The notes beneath the pieces were generated by a model that worked only from the letters and a program-made list of their open reading frames with translations, was not told the origin of the DNA and searched no databases. The position numbers were made by a program, and so were the translations under genes. 64,000 nucleotides of DNA, taken from an uncultured Candidatus Saccharibacteria bacterium. Lineage in GTDB: Bacteria > Patescibacteriota > Dojkabacteria > JAOAGR01. The stretch is taken from NCBI GenBank assembly GCA_964503755.1, contig CAZDBO010000004.1:14042-78041 (forward strand), given 5' to 3'. Shown piece by piece: positions 34,597 through 44,919 of the stretch (its first letter is position 1; each line of letters starts with the position of its first letter).

Positions 34597-35721
34597 ATGA
34601 ATATTGTTCAGTTTGATCAATTTGATAAGTATGTTAAAAAAAATATACCTAAAAATCAGCTGCCGATAAAACTGCTAATATTTTTATTAATCATTGTTTC
34701 AATAATTGGTGGCATTTTCTTTGTTTTTAAATCAACAATCGATGAAATAAATAGCTTTGGAACCCTTACAAGCATAAATCAAGAGAGTAAAAAAATAATT
34801 ATACCGAGTGGTACATCATTTGATGGAGTACATGAGATATTGATCTCAGAGGGAATAATACCAGATGAAAAAATTTTTGGATTTTCTAAATACAAACTTT
34901 ATTATTTTTTAAATCCTAATGAAATATTTGTAGTACAAGCTGGTGAATACACCGTCAATCCTAATACAAAAGTAAAAGATATATTTCGCATTATTGGATG
35001 TAAAGAGGTGACCATAACTATCAAAGAAGGCTTACGTATCGAAGAGATAGCCGAAGTTTTATCACAAAAATTATCAAATTTTGATAAAGACAAATTTATA
35101 GATCTAGCTAAAAATTTTTCACCTGTAGAAGAATTAAAATACAAAGAGATATTTCCCAAATTTTTGGAAGGCTATTTATTTCCTGATACATATAGATTTT
35201 GTGATGATACTAATGAAATAAAAATAATCGAAAAAATGCTTATTACATTTGAGCAAAAAGTCTATGAAAATATAAAAGATGAATTAATAGAAAAAGATAA
35301 AAATCTTCATAAAATCATAAAAATAGCCTCTCTGATAGAAAAAGAATCTTCACACAAAGATGATGAAAGTTATATGATCGCAGGAATCATCTACAATAGA
35401 CTTGCAGCAAATATGCCACTAGGTATAGATGCCACAAGTCAGTATGGTGGTGGGTACAATGAAAAACAAAAAACCTGGTGGCCAACAGGTAACGAACTCG
35501 ATAGACTAGTAACAGAAAAAAATCCATATAATACAAGGTTAAACCTAGGTCTACCACCAACACCTATCAGCAATCCCGGCTTTCAAAGCGTAGACGCGGC
35601 CCTAAATCCTAAAAAGTCTGATTACTATTACTACCTCCACGATAGCCAAGGTAATATATACTACGCAAAAACACTAGATGAACATAATAGAAATGTGTGT
35701 AGGTATTTGGCGAGGTGTTGA
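34597..35721 (+). CDS. mltG: Endolytic murein transglycosylase MltG (YceG family)
   Basis: N-terminal TM, YceG-like core (LGIDATSQYG, LPPTPISNPG). TGA stop. Confidence 0.7.
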   Translation: MNIVQFDQFDKYVKKNIPKNQLPIKLLIFLLIIVSIIGGIFFVFKSTIDEINSFGTLTSINQESKKIIIPSGTSFDGVHEILISEGIIPDEKIFGFSKYKLYYFLNPNEIFVVQAGEYTVNPNTKVKDIFRIIGCKEVTITIKEGLRIEEIAEVLSQKLSNFDKDKFIDLAKNFSPVEELKYKEIFPKFLEGYLFPDTYRFCDDTNEIKIIEKMLITFEQKVYENIKDELIEKDKNLHKIIKIASLIEKESSHKDDESYMIAGIIYNRLAANMPLGIDATSQYGGGYNEKQKTWWPTGNELDRLVTEKNPYNTRLNLGLPPTPISNPGFQSVDAALNPKKSDYYYYLHDSQGNIYYAKTLDEHNRNVCRYLARC

Positions 35722-35961
35722 AGAAAGTTAAACCGTCAAAACACGGCGACCTGGAGTAAGAATTTCAACTACAGCTTTCAATGTATTATTGGTTAATAAA
35801 GGTTGCTCTAGAAACATCACTTGCCATGATTCTTTATCAGACACAGCAAAATATGATAAATAAAAAAATCCACTAAAAACTGGATGAGGAATAACGTTGA
35901 TTTTTATAGAATTAGTACGTTGGGGTGGTATTCGTTCAACACTAGGAACATAGATTGTATC

Positions 35962-36360
35962 TCATGCGAAGAACGAAATAACTACCAAAGGTACTTTTTT
36001 ATTAAGTTCATCATGGCAATATCGTGCTATAGCATTTTCTAAATTTACTTCTAATGTACTTAAGTCCGAATAATCAAAGTTTGCACCATATAAACAGCCC
36101 CAATAATCTTCTGCTCCCTGAAACAACCTGATATCTACTCGAGGTGGAAATTTCAGATCAATTTCATATTGTCCCTCACTAGTCGGTAAACCTATGAAAT
36201 AAGTTAACATTTTTCTTAATTACGCATTTCTTCTTTCGGATTAGATTGAAGTAAAATAGTCATACCTTGCGATGACATAGAAATTTCGCTTATGGAAATT
36301 CTAAATAAAGAGGTTGGTGGATTATATATCAAGCAACCCGTTACGTGCGAACCTAGTCCA
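35962..36360 (-). pseudogene. Frameshifted gene remnant. A 49-codon open frame (MNGLGSHVTGCLIYNPPTSLF...) is followed, in another frame, by the 82-aa ORF 35962..36210. A degraded NPP-motif (methyltransferase-like) gene is one guess.
   Basis: Manual translation of the minus strand shows two consecutive open frames offset by 1 nt. Confidence 0.3.
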
Positions 36361-37010
36361 TTCATGGTCTCTAAGATAATTCTAATTTAATTTTATAATG
36401 ATAAAAATTATAAAATAAAAATCAATAATACTGGTAATTTTGTATAAAACCTTTTCAAATCGTATTACGATGATATTGTTTTAAGTGTATTACATTTTAT
36501 TCAAGTTAGATCTTTTACGAAGAAGACAAACCGTACCGTACTTTTTCTAACAGAATATAAATTTATGCACATTTCATACATATTAACCTTTCCAACAGGT
36601 CCATGTTAGTTTTTTATTTATTTCATTTGGTCAATTATTTAATTCATAAACATGGAATCCAATGTAAATTTAAACCATCCTGTATCATGTTTCATCCATT
36701 ACACAATGCGTTGAATTTCTACTATAGATTAAAATGAAAACGTAAATACACAACAAATAAACAAAATTCAGGAATGCTTGCTACAATGGAACCCAACCCC
36801 ATTACTAACTCAATATCAACATAACTAGACATAAATAGATCGATCAACAGAAAATTACATAATTAGCATATTTTCTATGCCCATAATACAACCTAGTAAC
36901 TGTAGCTGTAAATGATAAATTTGTTACCTAATATAAGATCATACAACACTTAAAGTAGTGTTCGTTATAAACTTGAATTTAATTTCTAAAGCATTCATAA
37001 CACATGTATT

Positions 37011-37508
37011 ATGAGACAAAATAATGAAAACTTAGATAGAACATATGGATCTGGTGTATGTGTTATTCCGTTATTAGGTTACCGCACAGAAATAGCTATT
37101 GAACGATTTTCAGGCGATGGTATGCTAACAATCGCAGGACTTGCAGTTTTACCTTTGGATCAGTTAGTAGACGCTCAATTCAATGGATACAAAATAGATA
37201 AAAGTCAAATTGAACGGAGATACAACTACGCTGTTTTAACATTTCTGGGAAATAAAGTTAATGGTGGAATACAATACATGATGGAACCAAATAATAATTA
37301 TTCTTTATATATTAGCGATAGTACGACATGCGCTCATGCAATTGTAACTGTTTTTGTCAATCAAAGAAGACCAAAAAATAATCTAGTTTATATTATCCAT
37401 GCACATTCTGAGTCTGATACAAAAAGATCTATTGTTATTGAAGATTACACCAGAATGCCAAAATATATAAGTAAGTTATATCAACTTAGACGCATTATAG
37501 GTATGTAA
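37011..37508 (+). CDS. Hypothetical protein with non-native composition (Arg/Gly/Ala/Val-rich, unlike the local N/K/I-rich proteome)
   Basis: ORF with locally elevated GC. No recognisable family. Confidence 0.35.
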   Translation: MRQNNENLDRTYGSGVCVIPLLGYRTEIAIERFSGDGMLTIAGLAVLPLDQLVDAQFNGYKIDKSQIERRYNYAVLTFLGNKVNGGIQYMMEPNNNYSLYISDSTTCAHAIVTVFVNQRRPKNNLVYIIHAHSESDTKRSIVIEDYTRMPKYISKLYQLRRIIGM

Positions 37509-37624
37509 AGATAACAATATAATGAATAGATTATAAATCTCATAACAATAACGAGTATTTATCAAGCAAATAGAGTACATTATTTTAATATTAATTAATT
37601 GGTCACTTTATGTTATAATTTCTT

Positions 37625-38134
37625 ATGGTATCATTATCTGCATCTTTTGGTTACTATACAAAACAATGTTTTTTATTTGATGGATTTGGGCAACCTGATG
37701 TCACAGTTGATGGTTATAATCGATTAAATATAGAAAGCTTTGAAAAATCAATTCGTGATTTACCAAAACGTGATTTACCAAAACAATCAAAACAACCAAA
37801 TATAGGTGGAGTCCGAGTTACCATAAACGTCATCAATCAAGCACGCGTTTTCAGTGCTGGTATAGATGGTGTCTATCTACCAAGATGGGCAGTAAGAATA
37901 AAACAAGAAATAGAAGAAAAGAGATGTACTACTCGTTTTACATTAACCGCTATAGGCAGAATTCTGTTGGGCATATATCGTCGTTTATTCGGTATCCAAC
38001 CCTATATATATATCAGGGCACCAAGATATGCATATGGTATTGAAGACAAAGAAGTATTATATCAATGGATTATGGCATTAGATGAAGGAACTTTTGGAAT
38101 TATTGCCTCACTAGTTCCAAAAAATCAATTCTAA
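37625..38134 (+). CDS. Hypothetical protein with non-native composition
   Basis: As above. Confidence 0.35.
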   Translation: MVSLSASFGYYTKQCFLFDGFGQPDVTVDGYNRLNIESFEKSIRDLPKRDLPKQSKQPNIGGVRVTINVINQARVFSAGIDGVYLPRWAVRIKQEIEEKRCTTRFTLTAIGRILLGIYRRLFGIQPYIYIRAPRYAYGIEDKEVLYQWIMALDEGTFGIIASLVPKNQF

Positions 38135-39535
38135 TCACCCCACACTCCCCTCCATATTTAGAGAAATTAATTTATTTAACTCTATCGCATATTCCATAGG
38201 TAACTCTTTGGTAAATACATCAATAAATCCATTTACTATGAGCGAGTAAGCCTCGACTTCGTCTAAACCTCTAGACATGAGATATTTGATCTGCGTTTCT
38301 TTCATTTTGCTGACTGTAGCCTCGTGTTCTATCTCAACTTGATTTGTAGATGCGATGTTGACTGGTATCGTATCAGTCGTTGATTGATCATCCAAGAGCA
38401 ATGCATCACATTTTACATTGACTTTAGCATTTTTGGCTGTTGGTGATACAGAAATTATACCTCTGTATGTAGTATGACCATTGTGTTGACTTACAGATTT
38501 TGCTGTAACTTCTGATGTTGTATTGTTGCCGATATGAAATATTTTGGTACCTGTATCTTGTACCTGATCTCTACCCGCATAAGCTACCGACACTACCACT
38601 CCTTTAGAATTATCACCTTTGAGTATGATGGATGGATATTTCATGGTGACTTTGCTACCAATATTGCCATCGATCCATTCCATAATGGCATTTTCTTCGG
38701 CTATAGCTCTTTTGGTAACTAGGTTGTATACATCACGAGACCAGTTTTGGATAGTAGTATATCTGACTTTTGCACCTTTGAGACAAAATATCTCAACCAC
38801 AGCGGCGTGTAACGAATCTGATGAATACACAGGAGCGGTACACCCCTCGATATAATGCACTGATGAATTTTCATCAGCAATGATAAGAGTCCTTTCAAAT
38901 TGGCCCATGTTTTTGGCATTGATACGGAAATATGCTTGTAGAGGTATAGTTAACTTTACATTTGGCGGAACATAAACAAAACTACCTCCAGACCATACAG
39001 CACTATTTAGTGCAGCAAATTTATTGTCAGATGGTGGAATTAGTTTTCCAAAATATTTTTTAACCAATTCCTCATGCATTTTTAAACCAGTATCCATATC
39101 CGTAAAGACAACCCCCATTTTTTCTAAATCTTCAAGCAAGTGTGTGTAAACCACTTCGGATTCGTACTGAGCACTAACTCCGGCTAAAAACTTTCTTTCT
39201 GCCTCTGGGATACCTAGTCTTTCGTATGTTTCTTTGATACTTTCAGGAAGTTCTTCCCAAGACCGACCTTTTTTCTCAGTAGGTTTGAGATAATAAGTAA
39301 TTTCATCAAAATCTATACCACTCAGATCTGCTCCCCAAGTAGGCATAGGTTTGGACAAAAATATTTCAAAAGCCTTTAACCTAAACTCAAGCATCCATTC
39401 AGGCTCACCTTTGGCTCTGGATATCTGACGTATTACATCTGCATTTAGCCCTTTTGGTACCTTGAGATAACTTACATCCGGCATGCTAAAGCCGTATTTG
39501 TATTCTGATAAAATTTTTAGGTCTGCTTCGTTCAT
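38135..39535 (-). CDS. sufB: Fe-S cluster assembly protein SufB (SufB/SufD family)
   Basis: SufBD beta-helix core, C-terminal ...LNMEGSVG. Follows sufC. Confidence 0.85.
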   Translation of the reverse strand: MNEADLKILSEYKYGFSMPDVSYLKVPKGLNADVIRQISRAKGEPEWMLEFRLKAFEIFLSKPMPTWGADLSGIDFDEITYYLKPTEKKGRSWEELPESIKETYERLGIPEAERKFLAGVSAQYESEVVYTHLLEDLEKMGVVFTDMDTGLKMHEELVKKYFGKLIPPSDNKFAALNSAVWSGGSFVYVPPNVKLTIPLQAYFRINAKNMGQFERTLIIADENSSVHYIEGCTAPVYSSDSLHAAVVEIFCLKGAKVRYTTIQNWSRDVYNLVTKRAIAEENAIMEWIDGNIGSKVTMKYPSIILKGDNSKGVVVSVAYAGRDQVQDTGTKIFHIGNNTTSEVTAKSVSQHNGHTTYRGIISVSPTAKNAKVNVKCDALLLDDQSTTDTIPVNIASTNQVEIEHEATVSKMKETQIKYLMSRGLDEVEAYSLIVNGFIDVFTKELPMEYAIELNKLISLNMEGSVG

Positions 39536-39550
39536 AATTTGATTAAAAAA

Positions 39551-40279
39551 TTAAGATTTCTTATTGTGATGATAATGCAATTTTTCTATTTCTGAAATAT
39601 CTATATCATAAAATTTTTTATCTCTAAGCTCCACTATACGATTGGGCTCTAATGTCTTAACAAACTCTAAACTATGAGAAACTATAAGAAACGTTGTCCC
39701 CGCTTTAGCTTGTTCTCTGATAACCTCCGCAATCCTAGCCCGAGATTTTATATCAAGCCCCGAATCTACCTCGTCCAATATAGCAATTTTTGGCTGTAAT
39801 ACGAGCATCTGTAAAATCTCTGCTTTTCTTTTTTCTCCACCAGAAAAACCCTGATTTAGGTCTCGTTTCAAAAACTCTTCAGAAAGTCCGATTTTTTCGA
39901 TTTTTTCTTTTATAGATTTTCTGATTTTGAAAATAGATGTCGTAGCGTCTTGATTGAATGCCTTATAAGCATTGATCAGAAACTGTTCAAAATTTATACC
40001 CTCAAACTCTGGTGGTGATTGAAAACTTACAAAAAGTCCAAGTCTTGCTATTTCAAAAGTTTCCATCCCTATGGTCTCAACACCATTTATCATGACACTA
40101 CCAGATCTCTCATAATCCTCAAAACCTAAAAGCGACATTGCAAAAGAACTTTTTCCTGTACCGTTCTCACCCAGTATCACAGTCACTGTACCGGGTTCCA
40201 ACTCTAAATTTGCATTTTCTAATATCTGTTTATTGTTCTCTCTAATGGTTAGAGAGTATGATGTGACTTTTAGAGACAT
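39551..40279 (-). CDS. sufC: Fe-S cluster assembly ATPase SufC
   Basis: ABC ATPase motifs: Walker A GENGTGKSS, signature FSGGEKRK, Walker B ILDEVDSGLD. Confidence 0.9.
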   Translation of the reverse strand: MSLKVTSYSLTIRENNKQILENANLELEPGTVTVILGENGTGKSSFAMSLLGFEDYERSGSVMINGVETIGMETFEIARLGLFVSFQSPPEFEGINFEQFLINAYKAFNQDATTSIFKIRKSIKEKIEKIGLSEEFLKRDLNQGFSGGEKRKAEILQMLVLQPKIAILDEVDSGLDIKSRARIAEVIREQAKAGTTFLIVSHSLEFVKTLEPNRIVELRDKKFYDIDISEIEKLHYHHNKKS

Positions 40280-40571
40280 TTTTGGATTATAGCAAAAAAT
40301 GAAAAATTTAAATTTGCATAGGAATATATAATGTGGTATAATATACTATAGACACAGGTAAGTTTAGAGTTCATCAATAAGTTCGTACTGGCAGTCAATT
40401 ACTAGAAATGCCAGAAACTTTAAAGGAAATAGGACAATCTTTGCATCCTCTAGAAAGATCAGTTATAAATTATTAAGTCCAAAAATCAAATACCATGTAA
40501 TTCGAGTATTATCGGGCAGAGGGGGCATAAGTGGTACCCTTTTAGCAAGACCTATAACGCCGGATCCTGTT

Positions 40572-41036
40572 ATGCGTCAATACGTAAAAAAATTGTTAGG
40601 TAGTCTATTTATGGCAGCCATTGAGCTAGTACCTCAACATTTTTTATTAAAAGAACAAGTTCTCGAAGCAGTAGTTCGGGCTTTAGGTGACTATCCAAGC
40701 TGTGTTGGTGTTAGAATAAACTACAATTTGCGTTCGCTAGGCGTCCCTAGAACACTTGGTGATCTAATGGGTACAATGTCATCACTGGATGAAGAAAAAT
40801 TAAAAATGGCATTATTACAACCTGGACCACATACACAAGCTTTAATAATGGATGGTTATGGTCAAAATGGGGTCCGCATTGATATCACTGGTTTACCTGG
40901 TCCGGATAGTGAAACTCGATTGGTTGTACTCCAATATCTACGTGGTATCGGAATAAAAGGAGGCAGCTGGATACCAATACACAAACCCGAACTGGTACTA
41001 GAAGATCAAGGACTCGTATTGACACCAAAATATTAG
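40572..41036 (+). CDS. Hypothetical protein with non-native composition (Leu/Gly/Val/Pro-rich)
   Basis: ORF only. Confidence 0.35.
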   Translation: MRQYVKKLLGSLFMAAIELVPQHFLLKEQVLEAVVRALGDYPSCVGVRINYNLRSLGVPRTLGDLMGTMSSLDEEKLKMALLQPGPHTQALIMDGYGQNGVRIDITGLPGPDSETRLVVLQYLRGIGIKGGSWIPIHKPELVLEDQGLVLTPKY

Positions 41037-41038
41037 CA

Positions 41039-41251
41039 TTGACAGTAAGATACCGTTATGGCTTTGAAACACTAGTATTCTCTGGATTGGCAACAATACC
41101 CAAAGGTATACCTGTACCAACAGAAGGTATTGATAAATCTGTAACAATTCCTTGGAACAAACTCAAACTGGCAGAACAAATTAAATTTAAAGAAAGACTC
41201 GTTGCGTATAGTGAATGTAATTTGTTGGCACCATCCCCCATCGGTTACTAG
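41039..41251 (+). CDS. Small hypothetical ORF, possibly a gene fragment
   Basis: ORF only. Confidence 0.2.
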   Translation: MTVRYRYGFETLVFSGLATIPKGIPVPTEGIDKSVTIPWNKLKLAEQIKFKERLVAYSECNLLAPSPIGY

Positions 41252-42475
41252 ATTGCTCGGTGCTTAGGGAATTTCCACATGGTGATGGATTTCTTGAAGT
41301 CGGCCAAAAGCCTGAAATAGGTCAGTTTATTCGTCAATATTATTATTTTGCATTACAAGAATACATTTTACATATAAAACCTTGTTCAGAATCTTACGCT
41401 ATAGGGAAAAAGGTACACCGCTCACTAGTAATATGATGTATGGTCCCGATATCGGTATTGTGACGGGCGGTTTAACTTCGGAACATTTGCAAAAGTTATA
41501 TGAATTATATCGAATTAACATACCCGTTATTATTCATCTGTATTAGGTGTACTAGGAGTAAATCCAGAAAATGCTGTAAAAAATCTGGAAAGCTTGATTT
41601 GTAGTCCACCAAGTAATGGTGAACATCTTAATCTTGTACAAATAAAAGGAATACACGAGCTTATTAAATTTTTGACTGGCACAAGATTTCTTCGAATTGA
41701 TTCTTTACCGTTATCTCAATATCCTCGTTTTCTAGAAATTATTTGAACAACTTTGGCTTCTTTGCTTAACCTATTTTCTAATGTGCAAACTGCATTATTG
41801 AGATTACCTATTTTACCTCCACGAGCTAGTGTAAATAATTTTTGAGGCTATGAGAGATTTTGTTAGAGTTTGTTTACCAAATGATTTACTTTCGCCAGAA
41901 TATAAAGCAGATGTATACACTCCAGAACCAAGACAAATAGGTCTACGAATAATTCGTAATAATAAATCATTATAAGATAATCAATGTACCATAGAGTCTT
42001 GATAAAGAAATTTATTAGATAAATTAATATTACACAAATAAAATTTTATTAAACAAATATAATTTTGAAATGAAGTTTTGATATTACTATAATGTGGATA
42101 ATAATTCAAAAAAATACAGTATAGTAATGTTTTTATAAATAATATTTCATTATTCACATAATAGTGCCAATGGATTAGTTTTTAACTTTATTGACTTGTA
42201 TCACTCTACCCTAGTTTATGTTAACCCATACTATAAGTCCAACGGTATCATAAATAGAAACAAAATAATCTGACAGAAGATACTCTAAAGCATCAAGTAA
42301 AACCACAACAAATATAGCAGAAAGACAAGAACAATCAGGATTCATATCGATTCTTGCCAGCATGCGTGCAGGAGTATTGACGATAAAAAGAATATGGCAA
42401 ATAATCTAAAATAGTGTATAAAACTCTTTATATCAAATTATTCTGATTTTTCAAATTTTCTAATATAATACCGAC

Positions 42476-44368
42476 ATGCCTATGACCGGTCACGAACTAA
42501 AACAAAAATTTATATCGTTTTTTGTATCAAAAAATCATGTAGAAATCCCAAATGCCTCACTGATACCAGAAAATGATCCATCAGCACTTTTTACCAATTC
42601 TGGTATGCATCCAATAGTCAGATATCTTATGGGAGAACCTCATCCTATGGGCAAAAGACTTGTTAATTATCAACGTGCTGTCAGAACTGGTGATATAGAA
42701 GATGTAGGCAGTACCAAAAGACACCTTACATTTTTTGAAATGCTTGGTGAATGGTCGCTTGGTGACTATGGCAAAAAAGAATCATTAGAATGGACTTTTG
42801 AGTTTTTGATAGATGTATTGAAATTAGATCCCAAAAGACTCCACGCTACAGTCTTTAGAGGCAATGAAAAAGTGCCAGCTGATGAAGAATCTATAGAAAT
42901 TTGGAAAGAAATCTTTAAAAAACATGGTATCGAACCTACGATTGGTGATAAATTTGAAGATAATGGCGATTCTCCAAGAATAATTAGACTCACAGAAAAT
43001 GATAATTTTTGGCCAAAAGGCAGAGTAAAAGGTCCATGTGGTCCTTGTAGCGAAGTTTATTATGATCTAAAGGCTGGTGAGAATGCAGATGAGAGATACT
43101 TCGAAGTAGTTAATAACGTATTTATGACTTTATATCAAGATGAAGAAGGAAATTTCACTGAATTAAAACAAAAAAATGTAGATGTAGGTTGGGGATTTGA
43201 CAGACTTTTGATGCTTTTGCAAAACTTGGACTCAGATGGTAATCTAGATCCCAAAGCAACCGTTTTTGAAACAGATTCATTTGCAGATGCTAAAAAGTAC
43301 CTAATACAGATAACAAATTCCGACAATAGTAGTTATTTCTCTGACAAGGAATATCAAAAATCGATCCGTGTGATATTGGATCACATACGTGCATCGGTGA
43401 TGATCATAGGTGATGGTATTTTGCCATCAAATAAAGATCAAGGATATGTACTTCGTAGACTGATAAGACGAAGCATGACCTATGGATATAGTTATTTGTC
43501 AAACACTATAGAACCATATCTTCAGATTGCAAACATATTTATTGATCATCTATCAAAGGATAAATGGTATACATTTTTAATTGATAAAAGAGACAATATC
43601 ATAAATACTTTATCTGATGAACTACAAAAATTCTCTAAAATATTAAAAACAGGGATTAGTGAACTGTCAAAAGTAAAAGATAATCAAATCAGCGGTGAGT
43701 TGGCATTTAGATTAAAAGAAGCTCATGGTATACCACTCGAAATTACAGAATTAATAGCTAAATCTCAAGGTAAGACTGTCGATACTGAAAAATTTGAAGA
43801 ACTGATGAAAAAGCACAGGGAAAAATCGAAAACGGCCGGTGAGAAAAAATTCGTAGGTGGACTTGGCGGTTATAGTGAAAAAGAAATCATGTATCATACC
43901 TGTGCACATCTACTACTTGCTGGGTTACAAAAATTATTTGGCAAGGATATCCATCAAAAAGGACAAAATATCACACCTGAGAGATTAAGATATGATTTTA
44001 ATTTTACTTCACAATTTACATCGGAAGAGCAAAAAAAATTAGAAGATTGGATAAATGAAAGAATAAAAGAAAATCTAAAGGTCGAATTTGTGGAAATAGA
44101 ATATCAAGATGCACTGAGACTTGGTGTAGAGGGTGTTTTCCATAATAAATATCAGCAGTATTCAAAAGCAAAGGTATATGGTATTTTCCCAGCTGAATAT
44201 GAAATGTCTGAATTGATCAAAATTGGTGACACATCAAAATTTGTGTCTCTCGAATTCTGTGGTGGTCCTCATGTATCAAATACAAATGAAATAAGAGGAA
44301 GACTAAAAATACAAAAAGTAGAAAATGTCGGTGCAGGGATAAAAAGAATCCGAGCTGTATTAGAATAA
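42476..44368 (+). CDS. alaS: Alanine--tRNA ligase, short form (catalytic, tRNA-binding and editing domains; no C-Ala domain)
   Basis: FTNSGM class II motif, WPKGRVKGPCGPCSE, editing-domain HxxxH and CGGPHV motifs, 630 aa. Confidence 0.8.
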   Translation: MPMTGHELKQKFISFFVSKNHVEIPNASLIPENDPSALFTNSGMHPIVRYLMGEPHPMGKRLVNYQRAVRTGDIEDVGSTKRHLTFFEMLGEWSLGDYGKKESLEWTFEFLIDVLKLDPKRLHATVFRGNEKVPADEESIEIWKEIFKKHGIEPTIGDKFEDNGDSPRIIRLTENDNFWPKGRVKGPCGPCSEVYYDLKAGENADERYFEVVNNVFMTLYQDEEGNFTELKQKNVDVGWGFDRLLMLLQNLDSDGNLDPKATVFETDSFADAKKYLIQITNSDNSSYFSDKEYQKSIRVILDHIRASVMIIGDGILPSNKDQGYVLRRLIRRSMTYGYSYLSNTIEPYLQIANIFIDHLSKDKWYTFLIDKRDNIINTLSDELQKFSKILKTGISELSKVKDNQISGELAFRLKEAHGIPLEITELIAKSQGKTVDTEKFEELMKKHREKSKTAGEKKFVGGLGGYSEKEIMYHTCAHLLLAGLQKLFGKDIHQKGQNITPERLRYDFNFTSQFTSEEQKKLEDWINERIKENLKVEFVEIEYQDALRLGVEGVFHNKYQQYSKAKVYGIFPAEYEMSELIKIGDTSKFVSLEFCGGPHVSNTNEIRGRLKIQKVENVGAGIKRIRAVLE

Positions 44369-44456
44369 AAGATAGTATTTGTGATTTGTTCACTTTTTAC
44401 ACATTCAGAAAAAATAAGAATGTAAAAAAATATCCTTAATAAACATGTAGTCATAT

Positions 44457-44919
44457 AACCACCTGGTAAACCAGGAGAGGTTACAGACACCTCTGTTCTA
44501 TTGGTAACCAAACGCATCAGATATTTATCAAAAAACTTAGAAAAACACAAGTGACCCCACGGTTTACCGTGGGGTTAAAAGATAACAAAATGTCAATTTA
44601 ACATTTATTTAATTCCAACTATGTAATAAAACTCATAAACACACTTGTAACAAACTATTGATTTTCTATCTATTAAAAAATGATATTATTTATTCTTAAG
44701 TATAATACACCCTGGTGAACCAGTGGATTACAAATACATTTATTCTCTACTCTCTACTAATTAAAAAACACTTGATATTTATTAAAAACTCAAAAAGTGA
44801 TCCCATGGTTTACCATGGGGTCAAAAAATTCCCAAAACCTATTTAATAAAGAATTGTAATCAATAATACGATTGAAACGACTCAGTTATAACTCCATGGT
44901 TTACCACGTAGTTCTAATT
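44457..44919. repeat. Cluster of five related GC-rich palindromic hairpins (core CCnnGGTWWACCnnGG) in the convergent alaS/ileS intergenic region. Copies lie at about 44457-44485, 44550-44581, 44709-44733, 44797-44828 and 44891-44919.
   Basis: Copies read directly: gtgaccccacggtttaccgtggggtt, gtgatcccatggtttaccatggggtc, cacctggtaaaccaggag, ccctggtgaaccagtgg, ctccatggtttaccacg. Confidence 0.6.

Noticed and set aside
44457-44919. Possible CRISPR array, because of repeated palindromic units
   Set aside because: Only five copies with irregular spacing (about 90-155 bp), sequence-variable repeats, no constant spacer length and no cas genes nearby.
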